Made by a program: the position numbers and the translations under genes | DNA from: Alphaproteobacteria bacterium | GTDB taxonomy: Bacteria > Pseudomonadota > Alphaproteobacteria > UBA828 | Direction: 5' to 3' | Assembly (NCBI GenBank): GCA_965214705.1 | Contig: OZ243972.1 | Location: forward strand, 832,001-896,000 | Length of the DNA: 64,000 nucleotides | The notes under the pieces: generated by a model | What the model saw: only the letters and a program-made list of their open reading frames with translations | The model's database searches: none | What the model was told of the DNA's origin: nothing | Shown: piece after piece, positions 22,112 to 32,691 of the stretch | Layout of the letters: the number at the start of each line of letters is the position of its first letter | Numbering within the stretch: the stretch's first letter is position 1

Positions 22112-22357
22112 ATACTCAAAGCGCAATAGAGATCAAGCCGATGACGCTCCCGTCGACCCAGCCTCGGCACTGCACCGTGTTGTTAAGCACGCTTTGTTGA
22201 CCCCCCACAATCCGGCCAGATCAATGGGTTACTGCGCCGATCGGCACCGAACCCGTACGCCAATCAACAAACTGACTGACCACGCCACTCAAACCGCCCC
22301 TCTGAAAGTGGTTATCACCCAAATCCACATAAGAGCGCTGGCTGACGGTCGTGCAAC

Positions 22358-23389
22358 TCAGTCGGGCTTGCGGGCAAGGAAGCAATAGAGCGGAGTGAAT
22401 ATGCCCAATTTGCCGCCCGCGACATAGGCGTTCGCCGTGCGGTCCATCAGTTGGACAACGGCCGCTGAACCATTGGGAAAGAGCCGGAGCACCTCCGCCA
22501 TCCGCAGACCCGCGAATATCGCCCTGCGACCCAAGGGCGTCCTGCGAAAAGCGTTGCCCAATGTCCCGCTCCGGCCTTCCATTGGCCGATGCCACGGTAT
22601 GCCCTGGCCTTCCCTGTCGTCCCTGTTCGCTGCTTCGATGACGTCGAAGCCCGCAGCCTCAAGCGCGCGATTCACCTCCGAGAACGTGGCGATCTCTTTC
22701 AGGGCAATTCCCCGCTTGAGTTCATCCTTGATAGTGCGGTGACGGCTGTCGCTGGGGTCAAACTTTTCCGTCATGCACATCTCCTGACCCCACAGCAGGG
22801 CTCCCGGTTTGAGCACACGATATATCTCCGCAAACGCGCGCTCCTTGTCCGGCGCGTGGCAGGTCGACTCGATGGCATAACCCGCATCGAACGAGTTGGC
22901 CTCAATCGCACTCATATCCATGAAGTTGCATTTGATATACTCCGCCATATCGTCGAGCCCCGTCTCGATATTCCTCCGCTTGGCCTGTTCCAACTGCTGT
23001 TCGTTATTGTTGAGGCCGACAACCCTGGTGCCGCCTTCGCGGATGACCCGCCGCATGGGACCGCCCACGCCGCAGCCGACATCGACAACCACCATGCCCT
23101 CTCGTAATTCCAGCTTCTCGATCATCAGACGCTGATGGCGAACGACCGAGTCCTCCAGAGATTCCTCGCGCGTCAATGGCGCGAAATGCAGGGACTCGCC
23201 CCACCCGAATTGCATGATTCCGCTGCACAGCTCGTAGTAATCGTTCACCGTCTCGGTGAAGTCATAATCGCCGTCATCGGCATCGGCCCGCTCCATTCTG
23301 TCGAATCGATCACCGAAGCGTGCTACACGACCTCTGACGTCCCGGACTTGGTAAAGGATCCGCAGGTATCTGGACAAACTTGCTAACAT
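22358..23389 (-). CDS. Sterol C-24 methyltransferase (SMT/Erg6-like)
   Basis: All SMT signature regions present: FGWGESLHFAP, VDVGCGVGGP, YAIESTCHAP, EIYRVLKPG, and C-terminal GGKLGIFTPLYCFLARKP. Confidence 0.88.
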   Translation of the reverse strand: MLASLSRYLRILYQVRDVRGRVARFGDRFDRMERADADDGDYDFTETVNDYYELCSGIMQFGWGESLHFAPLTREESLEDSVVRHQRLMIEKLELREGMVVVDVGCGVGGPMRRVIREGGTRVVGLNNNEQQLEQAKRRNIETGLDDMAEYIKCNFMDMSAIEANSFDAGYAIESTCHAPDKERAFAEIYRVLKPGALLWGQEMCMTEKFDPSDSRHRTIKDELKRGIALKEIATFSEVNRALEAAGFDVIEAANRDDREGQGIPWHRPMEGRSGTLGNAFRRTPLGRRAIFAGLRMAEVLRLFPNGSAAVVQLMDRTANAYVAGGKLGIFTPLYCFLARKPD

Positions 23390-23825
23390 GTGCTGCCTCG
23401 TTTATTGTCCATCTCGCAGTTTAGCTCTTTGGTAGCGGATGGCAACGACGCCGGAAGCATTTGCTAGTCTTACAGCGGCTTGTCTCCACATCACAAGGGA
23501 GGGATCCAGGCGAGGGGAGGCGCCCTTCGCCGCCGGCACCGGGGAAAAAACTAAGCGAAGCCGGTTGACGGCTGGTGCCGGGACCATCGACATGGCCCTG
23601 CTGTCGGGCTCATGCGCCGTCCATTTCGCTGACGAACTCAACGGTCGTTTCATTACACTAAAGGCGCCGAGCACGGGCCACTAGCAATGCAGGGGCCGTC
23701 GAGGCGACCCCAAAGACGTGACGGGTGGCGAAAACCGGGCTAAATTTCGCGCGACATGGTGAGAGGGGGCGCTTGTCTGGGAACGATCGGCCCCCATCTC
23801 AGCTCTTATGGGAGGCCTTGGCCCG

Positions 23826-25613
23826 ATGCCCGACTCGGCCGCTACGGCCCAAGAGCTGCGTCTGCCCGAGGAGCTTATCCTGATGCTCCTCAACGAGCAG
23901 AACGGCTATTTCCACCAGGTCCCCGGCTGGAATCTGAACTGCGCGGTGGTGGGCGCGGTGCTCGCGGAACTCTCCCTGCTCTCGCGCATTGACACTGATC
24001 TCGATTCGCTGATCCTCGCCGATTCAGCGGAGACAGGCGATCCGGTGCTCGATCCCGTCCTAAAGGAAATCGCCGGGGAGTCCGTTCAACGGGACGCCGT
24101 GTACTGGATCGAACGGCTTGCCAGCAAGGCGGAGTCGATCATCGACCACACCCTCGAACGCTTGGTCGAGCTGAAGATCCTGGAGCATCACGACGGCGAT
24201 TTCTGGACGCTGGCCGCCGCGACGTGGCGCGAGGAGTTGTCCGGTGGTTCCCAGGAAGGCACCGTTGGCCAGTTCGTAAAAACGCGTGTCCTCAAGGCGC
24301 TCTTCACCGAAGAGATTCCCGACCCCAGGGACATCATCGTCATCTGCCTCGTCAATACGTGCGACGTCTTTCGCTTCATGTTCGAAATCGACGACGAGAC
24401 CCAAGAGCGGATCGATTTCATTTGCCGGATGGATTTGATCGGCCGTTCCATCGCCGCCGCGGTCGAGCACAACATCTCCAGCCCGTCGCTGCGGCCTTCG
24501 GCGCTGACTAAGAAAATACCCGTCGTCCCCCTGCACAAGCTCTTGCTGAACCCGCGTCTTCGGGGCGGCAACATCGCCGCCATTTTCGCGCACATCGCGG
24601 AAGAACACGGTCCGGTTTTCCAAATCCGTCCTCCGTTCCAGGAACCCACGACCTTCCTCGCCGGGCCCCAAGTCAACCGTTGGATACACCGGAACGGGCG
24701 CATGTATCTGCGGTCCAGGGACTATTTCACCGACATCGAGAAGGTTTATGGCGCGTCCGGGGTGATTGCCTCGCTCGACGGGGCCGACCATTTTCAACTG
24801 CGCAAGGCGATGCAGCCGGGCACTTCCCGCGGGAGGCTGGAGGATCGACTGCATGACCTCTACGGCCATGCTCGCGCGTTTATGGCGGACTGGAATGTGG
24901 GATCGTCGCTGCCGGCGACCAGCATGTGCCGACTGATGATCAACGCGCAGATATCCCCGCTGGTCATCAGCATTGATTCACAGGACTTCGTGGAGGACCT
25001 GATCAGATTCAAAGAGCGCGCGCTCACCACCCACGTGGCCAAAGTTCTGCCCAAGTTCATGCTGAACACCCCATCGATGAAACGTGCGTCAAGGGCCATC
25101 GACGTCGGGGTACAGCGGATCCTGGGCCTCCACACGCCCGCCCAGCGGGTCGGTTGCCCGCGGGATCTCGCCGACGACCTGCTCAGCCTCCACGCCAGTG
25201 ACCCGCAGTTCCTGCCCGAATCGAACCTGGCCTTCGCTCTTTCGACGCCCATGCTGGCTAGCATGTATCTGGGAGACGCGTTCGGCTGCGCGCTCTACGC
25301 CATGGCGTCGCAGCCTACGCTCTACGAACGGATCCGTGCCGAAGCCGACGCCCTCTTCGAGAACGGCGATCCGGATGCCAAGGACTTCGCCGACGAGTCC
25401 ATCGACGTTACGCGGCGCTTCATCTTGGAATGCCTGCGCATGTACCCCATCGTGCCCGCGTCCATCCGCAACGTCATGAATTCATGCGTTGTCGAGGGCC
25501 ACGAGCTGCCCGTGGGGGCGCGCATCGCCATCGCCTCGACGGCGCCGCATTACATGAGCGACGTCTTCCCGGACCCCTTCACATTCGACATCGACCGCTA
25601 TCTGCCGCCGCGT
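23826..25613 (+). pseudogene. GPP34/GOLPH3-domain-cytochrome P450 fusion, C-terminally truncated
   Basis: N-terminus LRLPEELILMLL..GAVLAELSLLSRI..TGDPVLD..LERLVELKIL is GPP34-like. The P450 part has LDGADHFQLRK, ECLRMYP (ExxR) and FPDPFTFDIDRY, then runs into ISAs1 sequence before the heme-Cys motif. Confidence 0.8.
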
Positions 25614-26980
25614 GCGCGCCCCGGTCGAGCAGGTAGCGGGCGAACTTGCGCTGGGTTAGCAGCGCGTCCGTCGTGACCGTCTTGCCCGCGATGTTCGGGA
25701 TCAGGTCCACCAGCGCCGTCACGGTGCCGATCTCGTTGGTGCGCTTTGTCTCCTCGTCGGCCCCGACTTTCAGGAGAAGTTTTTTTGGGCGAGCGTGGCC
25801 TTGGTCTCGTGCCCGACCGCGCTCATGACATGAGCCTGGGTCCCGTCCTCGTCGATGGCCCCCCTCAGGGTCTTGCCGTCGATGGCAAGCGCCGCGTCGC
25901 CTGAGCCGTGGGCCTCCTGCCACTTGCGCAACGCCTCGTCCAACTGGTCCGGGTCCACCCGGATCACCACATTGCGGATGGTCGACATCGAAGGCGGCCG
26001 GCGCACCCCGTCGCGCAGCCGCACGCCGAAGCGGGCCAGCGCCTTCTCGCCGAGATCGTCGACCCACTCGGAGATGGCCTTCCAGCCTCGCATGCCGCAG
26101 AGCGTCGCGCCACTCGCAAGCGCGAGCACGCTGGGCAGCGAATGCCGCCGTCCCTTGCGCGTGCGGGGGTCGTCGATGTCCTTGAAGTAGGCGTAGAGCG
26201 ACTCTTGCTGAGCGGCGCTGATCATGGTTCTCGGAACTCCTTTCTTCCACAACTCCCGATCCAGCCCGGCAGCGGACAGCCGGCGGCAGGCGTCGGGAAC
26301 CAGGGGGCGCAGCAGCACAAGCTTCGGCGTCGAGCCGGCGACATAGCCCGAGCGGTGGCGCCGGAAGCCGCGGGTCTGGCCGACCGCCAGCCATCCAGCC
26401 GCCCGGTAGACCGTGCCCCGGAACCTCGCCGCGTCCACGAATGTTTCCAGCATCAGCACGGGGTGGCCGAAGCGGGCCGGCCAGTCGCGCGCCAAGCGCC
26501 GCGCGCAAAGCCCCAGCACCCGCGAGCCGAGGTTCGGAACACCCCGTCCCGGCAGGATCAGGAAGCGCGCGTTGTTCGCGATCAGATGCAGCCGCCCGTG
26601 CTGCGTGCGGAAGTCCCAGCCGATCCACTCGTCCCGCGCCCGGCACTTGCGCGCCGCAGCCGAAAACACGGCCAGCGCCAGCCACTCGCCGCGCCGATGG
26701 GCGACGTACCACGCCGTCGCCCCCACCTTCGCAGACGCACCCAGGTAGTGATGCCCCTCCATCAGCGCGCGGAACCGGGCCTCGTCCTCCGGCCGGACAG
26801 CAGCGACATCGACCTCGGAAAGATCCACCGTAGAAACCGTCCCCCTGCTCGAAGCCGATCCGCAGCAGAACACCGCGAATCCAGTCGCCTCAATCCATAG
26901 CAGGGTTGGCGCGCGCTGACCAGACCCAAGGTCAACTCGTAGCGCAGAACTCAAAATCAGGCTTGGACAAATTCGCCCTG
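25612..26980 (-). mobile_element. Truncated ISAs1-family element with N-terminal DUF4338 domain
   Basis: HHYLG/RDEWIGW/NNARFLILP/LETFVD (DUF4338), then DPRTRKGRRH, AIDGKTLRG, NEI, TDALLTQ. End CAGGGCGAATTTG at 26980; A7C frameshift site at 25779-25786; 3' part deleted. Confidence 0.82.
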
Positions 26981-27204
26981 CCGTCGGCCCCATGGCGGCT
27001 TGACTGGCCGCACGTAATGCAGAACCCTGCTGCCATGTTGATCCTCAGCGCTCCCACCGGTCGCAGGGACGGCAGAGGCAGGTATGACACTGGCGCCTCT
27101 TGCGCAGCGAACGCGTCGGCGGAAAGGTACGCTGAGTCACATCCTTCAAGCCAAGTACCGACCTCGCTGACGTTGCACGGTGTCAGCCAAGAACGGTGGA
27201 GAGG

Positions 27205-27301
27205 ACACAAACGTAGTGCCATAATCCAGGGCCGAGAATAATTTAACGCCGCCTTTTCAACAACTTGGACCTCGCGCTCGGACTAAAATGGCGAAGATGG
27301 G
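27205..27301 (+). mobile_element. Orphan right end of an IS1634 type-B relative
   Basis: CACAAACGTAGTGCCATAATCC...AAAATGGCGAAGATGGG matches the right end of the elements at 58024 and 60184. Confidence 0.75.
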
Positions 27302-27831
27302 TCAAGAACAAACGTCTCGTCAGCCTCGACGATCCCGGCAAGCCGGTCCGGCGCCTGGCGCACCGCCGCCAGAAAGCGGTGGCGCCAGCGATGCGCCGTG
27401 CTCGGCGCAATCCCGCAGCGCGCGGCAGACTCCTTGATCGTCTCGCCCTCGGCAAGCGACGCGCCAAAGGCCAGCCAGCGCTCCTTGTGGTGAAGCCCGG
27501 ACAGTGCCGTGCCCGTGAGCGCACCGAAGGTCTTGCCGCACTCCTTGCACCGGAAGCGGCGAAGACCGCGCGCCTTGCCCCGCGACACCGCCCCGCCGGC
27601 GCCGCAATGCGGACAGCGCCGCTCGTCATCCACGCCCAGCTCGATCGCTGCCAGCGAGGCCGCGCCCTCCGGCGGGTCCGACAGCACCGCCGCGACCTCC
27701 TTGCGCTGCGACGCCGTCAACTCATCGACACGCGAGAACCAGTCCCGAAACCGCTCGTGATCCATCTCTCTGACCCCCAATGCGAATCGGGAGCGATTCT
27801 ATCACGGTGCATACGTTTCACGAATTGAGCC
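27302..27831 (-). mobile_element. IS1595-family element, 5' fragment
   Basis: CPHCG..FRCKEC Zn ribbon, HTH, VEADETF. Near-identical to the copy starting at 35444; end GGCTCAATTCG. Confidence 0.85.
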
Positions 27832-27897
27832 TTAGAAAAAGGCACTAGTCTAGAGCCAGCAAAACCGGTGTGAAGCAGGAAGGTATAGACCCTGCTC

Positions 27898-28109
27898 GGG
27901 TGTAGTTCTCGTATGGCGATGATTGACTCGGCTTGATCCATGAGTTCCTGCGGTGCGGAGCATCCTCACCTCCCGGTGACGCCCACTGTCGTGACAAAAG
28001 CCCGCCCTGGAACGGGCGATTGTCACGAAACTACGATTTCGCCTGTTTGCCTCGACCCATGAACCACGTTGTATCAATGGCTTACGATTGCCATACGAGA
28101 ACTACACCC
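27898..28109. mobile_element. 212-bp non-autonomous ISKra4-type element (MITE-like)
   Basis: Terminal IR GGGTGTAGTTCTCGTATGGC / GCCATACGAGAACTACACCC; interior resembles 30340-30516. Confidence 0.8.
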
Positions 28110-28290
28110 CGTCGTTGAGCTTCGCGATGCCGATGAGGGTGTACATCACCGCCGCTTGCTCGCCGCCAAGATCAGAGCCGGCGCACAGCCAGGAATTGCG
28201 TCCGAGTGCAATACCGCGAAGCGCTCGCTCGCCCGCGTTGTTTGTCAGGCAGATGTGGCCATCATCTAGGAAGCGGGCATACCGACAAAC
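28110..28290 (-). pseudogene. IS66 transposase fragment
   Basis: FLDDGHICLTNNAGERALRGIALGRNSWLCAGSD..AAVMYTLIGIAKLND. Confidence 0.85.
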
Positions 28291-28311
28291 CAAAGCCGCT
28301 GGCTGCCCTCG

Positions 28312-28837
28312 TTAGAGAGCAATCGCAGCCAAGAACATTATGCCGCCTTCGACGCGCTGTTGGATGGTCTGAAGCTTGGCGAAACCGTGCTTCCCGGCCG
28401 CACCGTGAGTTGCCTCGTTGAAGATGTGGAACAGCTGAAGAATGTCGTCGATATCCTTTTCGACGAACCCGAGTATTTCTGGCGAATCGACACCCTTCCG
28501 CTTCAGCAGGTAGCGAATCTTGGCGCGGCGCGATGGCCCAGTTCTATTGGGCGTAAGCTCGCAGTTAGGGTCGGCTTCCAAGACATCCTCGTTGTCCGCC
28601 CATTTGTCGAGAATCTCCGTGAAAACCTCTCGCGCACTGGTGCAGAAGTGCCGCCCGGCGTCCGGATTATCCGGATTGAGGGAAAAGAGCGCCCCACGCC
28701 AGCGGTCGCAAAGGTCCTGAGAGAACCCAGATAAGTACTCCAGGATTCCGGAGTCCTGAACGCTTTCGGAAACCTTTGTCTGTTCCACAATGAGGGCTTC
28801 AGCCACCGCCGCACTGTTGCTAGCTTCCTTCTCCGAC
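28312..28837 (-). pseudogene. C-terminal part of a putative pPIWI-associating-nuclease-like defence protein
   Basis: RWRGALFSLNPDNPDAGRHFCTSARE...RRAKIRYLL...FNEATH; 5' end abuts an ISKra4 IR. Family call is from memory. Confidence 0.5.
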
Positions 28838-30516
28838 GGGTGTGATTCTCGTATGGCGATATGCCAGTCGTGATGGCACTAAAGGATATGGGCTGGTTCA
28901 TTTTGGTCAAGCAGCGAGTGCCAGGACTTCGGTTGGGCTGATGTTGTCGTTAGCTGGTCCGGATCGGGCGTCCATGAGCGCATCCCATGCCCGGTCGAAG
29001 AGGCCGGATTTGATCAGGGCGCGGAAGGTCAGAACCGCCTGCCCGCCGTCGATCCGCCAGCGCATGCCCGAGCGTTTCAAGCGCTGCGCGACGAGGGTCT
29101 TGCAGGCCGCCTCGACCACACCCGAGCCGATGGCGATGCCCTCTTCCTTCAGGGCGTGGTAGCGCATCCGATGGCGGTGCTTTCGGAAGAAGGCCAGCTC
29201 GCGCTCGATCTCGGCCGGGTCCCCCTTTGCCCTGTCCAGGAGGTAGCGCAGTGCCCGGATCACCTTGTCGACGCCGCGGGGGTCGTGGCGCAGGATTTCG
29301 CGGTGCTTCTCGAACCAGTGGCGCGCCACCGCATGGTCAGAGGCCACGCGGAGATGCTCGCAAGCGTGCCAGAAGTCGATGACCTCGGTCTCGGGCGAGA
29401 GGCTTTCGAGGAAGGTCCAGTTGTCGGCGGCCCCGTCGGCGACGGCGCCGATCCTGATCTTCGGGCTCACACGGCGGATATGGGCGACCTCGCTTGCAAG
29501 TTGCGCTTTCAGCGCGGCCTTGCCGCTCTCGGGCATACGGCCGAGATAGAGGGTCTTCAGCCGTTGGCCCTCGGCGTCGTGGAAGGAGACCGTGCCGCAA
29601 GAGGCCTCGCGCCAGCACGCCTCGGCACGGCCGTCCTCGCCGGCCCGCAGCGCCACCATGACGCCGTCAAGGGAGACGGACGCGGTGACCGCATCGGGCG
29701 GTATGCCCTGGGTTTCACGGATGCTGGCCAGCGTCTCCGGGGCGACGCTCTCCCAGTGCTCATGCATGCTCAGGGCCAGGCGCTGCAGCGTGCTCACCGA
29801 CGGCGTCATTCCGCCCATTTTCGCGAAGAACTCCTCCGCTTCACGCGGCGTACAGTGGCCCATCATCATCAGCCCGAGCTGCGCCGCCGGCCGCGTCAGG
29901 TAGTCGTCGATGAGGCCCAGGCTCTCGTCCACCGGCACCAGCGACGTGCTGCTCGCGCCGCTGCGATAGCGCGCACGCCGATAGGTCACGGGACCGAGCG
30001 TCGTCATGATCGTCTTCGGCGTCGCCGCCACCCGGACCCAGCTCTGTCCGTCGCGCTCGATCCGGCTCGCACCGTCGTCGCGGCTCTCGGCGAAGGCCCC
30101 AAGGAGCTTGCAACCCAAGCCGTTCATGGCGTCCCGCAGCCCCGTCTCAACCGTTTCGAACGTCTCGGCAGACGGGTCAGACCCAGCCTGTTCGCGACAG
30201 AACTCCACCACCTGGGCGACCGCTTCGGCGACTTCGGCAGGCAGGCCCAAAAGGTCGATGGACGAGGCGATGAGAGACTGCGACACTGGCATGGGAACGC
30301 TCCTGATGTTGGGTCTGATGTTGGGTTGTCGGCGCGGCATCCTACCGCATCTCGCGGTGCGGAGCGTTCCCACCCACCACTGCTGGATGCCGCCGTTGTG
30401 ACAAAATCCGGCCCTGCACCGGCCGATTGTCACGAAAACCCGATTCTGGCTGCCTACGGCCACCCGCCAATCGCGCTAAATCAATGACTTACGATCGCCA
30501 TGCCAGACCTACACCC
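28838..30516 (-). mobile_element. ISKra4-family element (transposase 28907-30292)
   Basis: IRs GGGTGTGATTCTCGTATGGCGAT / ATCGCCATGCCAGACCTACACCC; motifs SLDG, ADGA..NW, DFWHACEHL, IGSGVVEAACK, RLKRSGMRW. Confidence 0.88.
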
Positions 30517-30669
30517 CAACGACGTCGACACCCAGGCGGCTCGAAGACATCCTCGATCGCATCGCCAATCTGCCTCAGACCCGGCTACACGAGCTCCTGC
30601 CCTGGCATTGGAAGGCTGATCGCGAACAGGCCCTAGCTGCATAGGCTGCGGCCTACGCCGGATGTTTAC
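30517..30669 (+). pseudogene. IS66 transposase C-terminus and terminal repeat
   Basis: NDVD..DILDRIANLPQTRLHELLPWHW; ends ...GCCGGATGTTTAC. Confidence 0.8.
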
Positions 30670-30772
30670 GAAGGACGGTACGAATCACCTTACTGAAGTC
30701 TACGTCGGCACCTCTTTCTTGCCGTCTAGCTTCACTTTCTTGCTTCGCGTGTTGAAGAGAAGGTCAGGAGAC

Positions 30773-31375
30773 TCAACGTCCAGCAGACCTAGCCGCAGCT
30801 TCTATCCAAGATCCAATGTTCGTGCGACCGTCTTGGTTTACAAAATCATAACTTCGGCAGTGTCTGGATAGTGGCGTAACCTGGTTGGTGGTAGGTGCGC
30901 GGCACCAAAGGTCAGCTTCCGGTATTGCGCGAGTGTAGTCGGAATACTGCACCCACTTCCCGCCCTTTAGTTCGGCCAAGTATATTCGATCATTGGACTT
31001 ATACAGGCCTACCTTCGACATTGGGTCGGACCCTTTCTGTGACGTTTGTTTTTTTCTATCTCTTACTCCATGAATGAAGACCGTTAGGAGACCATTACCC
31101 TTGATAATGCTACGAGCAATTTCGTAGCGTACCCATCGTCGTTCGGAAGTTCTTGCGCCGGTAAGTACGCAAGTGACAGACGTATTGTTCATGCCCTTGC
31201 GGAGAAAGGCCTTTAGTACATCATCGCTCTCTTTCTTGCTGGCTTCAAAGACACTGCTATCAAAGAAGCCCGAAGAGATTTGGTCTTGTGGTCTCACAAT
31301 CCAACAGTTACGTACATTCCACGCACGCCAGGCATCGGGTCCGTAGTGGAAGGAAAAGAAAGTTCGTCTAGCCAT
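30773..31375 (-). CDS. TIR-domain protein, Thoeris ThsB/DUF1863-like
   Basis: MARRTFFSFHY..DAWRAWNVRN, TSVTCVL, RRWVRYEI (catalytic Glu position), GNGLL; visibly lower GC. Confidence 0.85.
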   Translation of the reverse strand: MARRTFFSFHYGPDAWRAWNVRNCWIVRPQDQISSGFFDSSVFEASKKESDDVLKAFLRKGMNNTSVTCVLTGARTSERRWVRYEIARSIIKGNGLLTVFIHGVRDRKKQTSQKGSDPMSKVGLYKSNDRIYLAELKGGKWVQYSDYTRAIPEADLWCRAPTTNQVTPLSRHCRSYDFVNQDGRTNIGSWIEAAARSAGR

Positions 31376-31904
31376 CGAGAGTCCTATTTGATGCCGAGGC
31401 GTGGCTCGCTCTTGACCGAGCGCATGCGAATGATAAGTGTTGCTACGGCCCGTGATACTGTCAAGACGGAATCAGTTGAGGCAGCACAAGACCGGCGGGA
31501 AGAGGGGGCGCAACGCTTGAGTTGGTGTGCGCAGGGTGGGCAGAGCCGGACGGCCGGCTAGGCGAGGTGATCGCTTCCCGAGGCTGGGGCATAGCGCCTA
31601 GCTGGTACGGAATGCTCATCGAAGCTCTTGCGAGCATCCTTTGTGCCGGTTATCCGGTGGGTGCACGGCGCTGATTGATTCGAGCGGGAGTGGTGTGGAG
31701 GGTAGCTGTAATTTGGCCGCCGCGGACCGGAGTAGTTGAAACTCTCCGCCGGTGCGTGCAAAGGGCTGATGCCGAAGCGATCTGTGTAAGGGTTCGTTCG
31801 ACGGTGGACGTCCAGATTGCGCGAGGCGGGGAATGACGGCTATGTCCGCAAACGCGGTAGTTGTGACTGTCCACTAATTACGAAGACTAGAGACACGGCT
31901 TCAA

Positions 31905-32504
31905 TCAGGATTTGGTACGGGATAGAGATTTTTCAATCTTAGCTAAGGAATCGGCAATTTTTGAAAGAGGAGAGAATAGCGAACTGGTTGGAGGAATTCC
32001 GAGAAATTGACGTACATCCAAAGTGTACGCGTCTTCAAATGTTTTTCCTCTTAAGTTTTGCCACTTAACCACAACTTGAAATGGTCGCAATGCGTTCTTC
32101 GCTCGGTCTTCTCCTGTTCCAAACAATCTATGGTCGCCAAACAGCATCTCCGTTCTTTCTCCCTGAAGTAGGAAGCCATGGGGTTTTCGATTCGGCTCAT
32201 TTCTCAGCACAATACGGTCGTAATGATGTTCCTCGAGAATAAGTTCGAAATCAATTTCTCTTGCGGGTCCACGCCCCACATTCGCCAACACGAGATTGGT
32301 AAAGGGCTGGAGTGGGTCAGCCGCCAAGTAAGCGACCACTTCGGGTTCAGTCCCCACTTTGGCCAATTTTCTGTTATCGCATATGAGGCGCCATGTCAGT
32401 ACGGCCGTGACTACTGCCGATATCGCAATTATCGCCGTCGAGATGACTGTAACGAGTTGTGAGTAGGGCAAAAGGCAGGTCTCAACGGCTGCATTTATGT
32501 CCAT
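31905..32504 (-). CDS. Hypothetical protein with N-terminal TM helix
   Basis: 199-aa ORF in AT-richer DNA, hydrophobic N-terminus, NVGRGPA motif, GGAG upstream. Confidence 0.65.
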   Translation of the reverse strand: MDINAAVETCLLPYSQLVTVISTAIIAISAVVTAVLTWRLICDNRKLAKVGTEPEVVAYLAADPLQPFTNLVLANVGRGPAREIDFELILEEHHYDRIVLRNEPNRKPHGFLLQGERTEMLFGDHRLFGTGEDRAKNALRPFQVVVKWQNLRGKTFEDAYTLDVRQFLGIPPTSSLFSPLSKIADSLAKIEKSLSRTKS

Positions 32505-32691
32505 CAGTAGTTTGTCTCCGGTTTATGCAACGACGCCACAGCTCTCGATATAGCTGGATGGTGTTGATCTAGCATTCGAGTCAGTGGTTGAGAGTGGGGA
32601 CACACAAAGGCAGGTGGTCCGGTCGAGACGACGGACACAGCGGCCCACCCATGCCCTGTAGAAGATGCGGGGCTTCATCGGTGTCAGCTCT

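Noticed and set aside
22170-22290. TTTGTTGA/TCAACAAA inverted pair as a MITE
   Set aside because: The match is too short, with no TSD or second copy.
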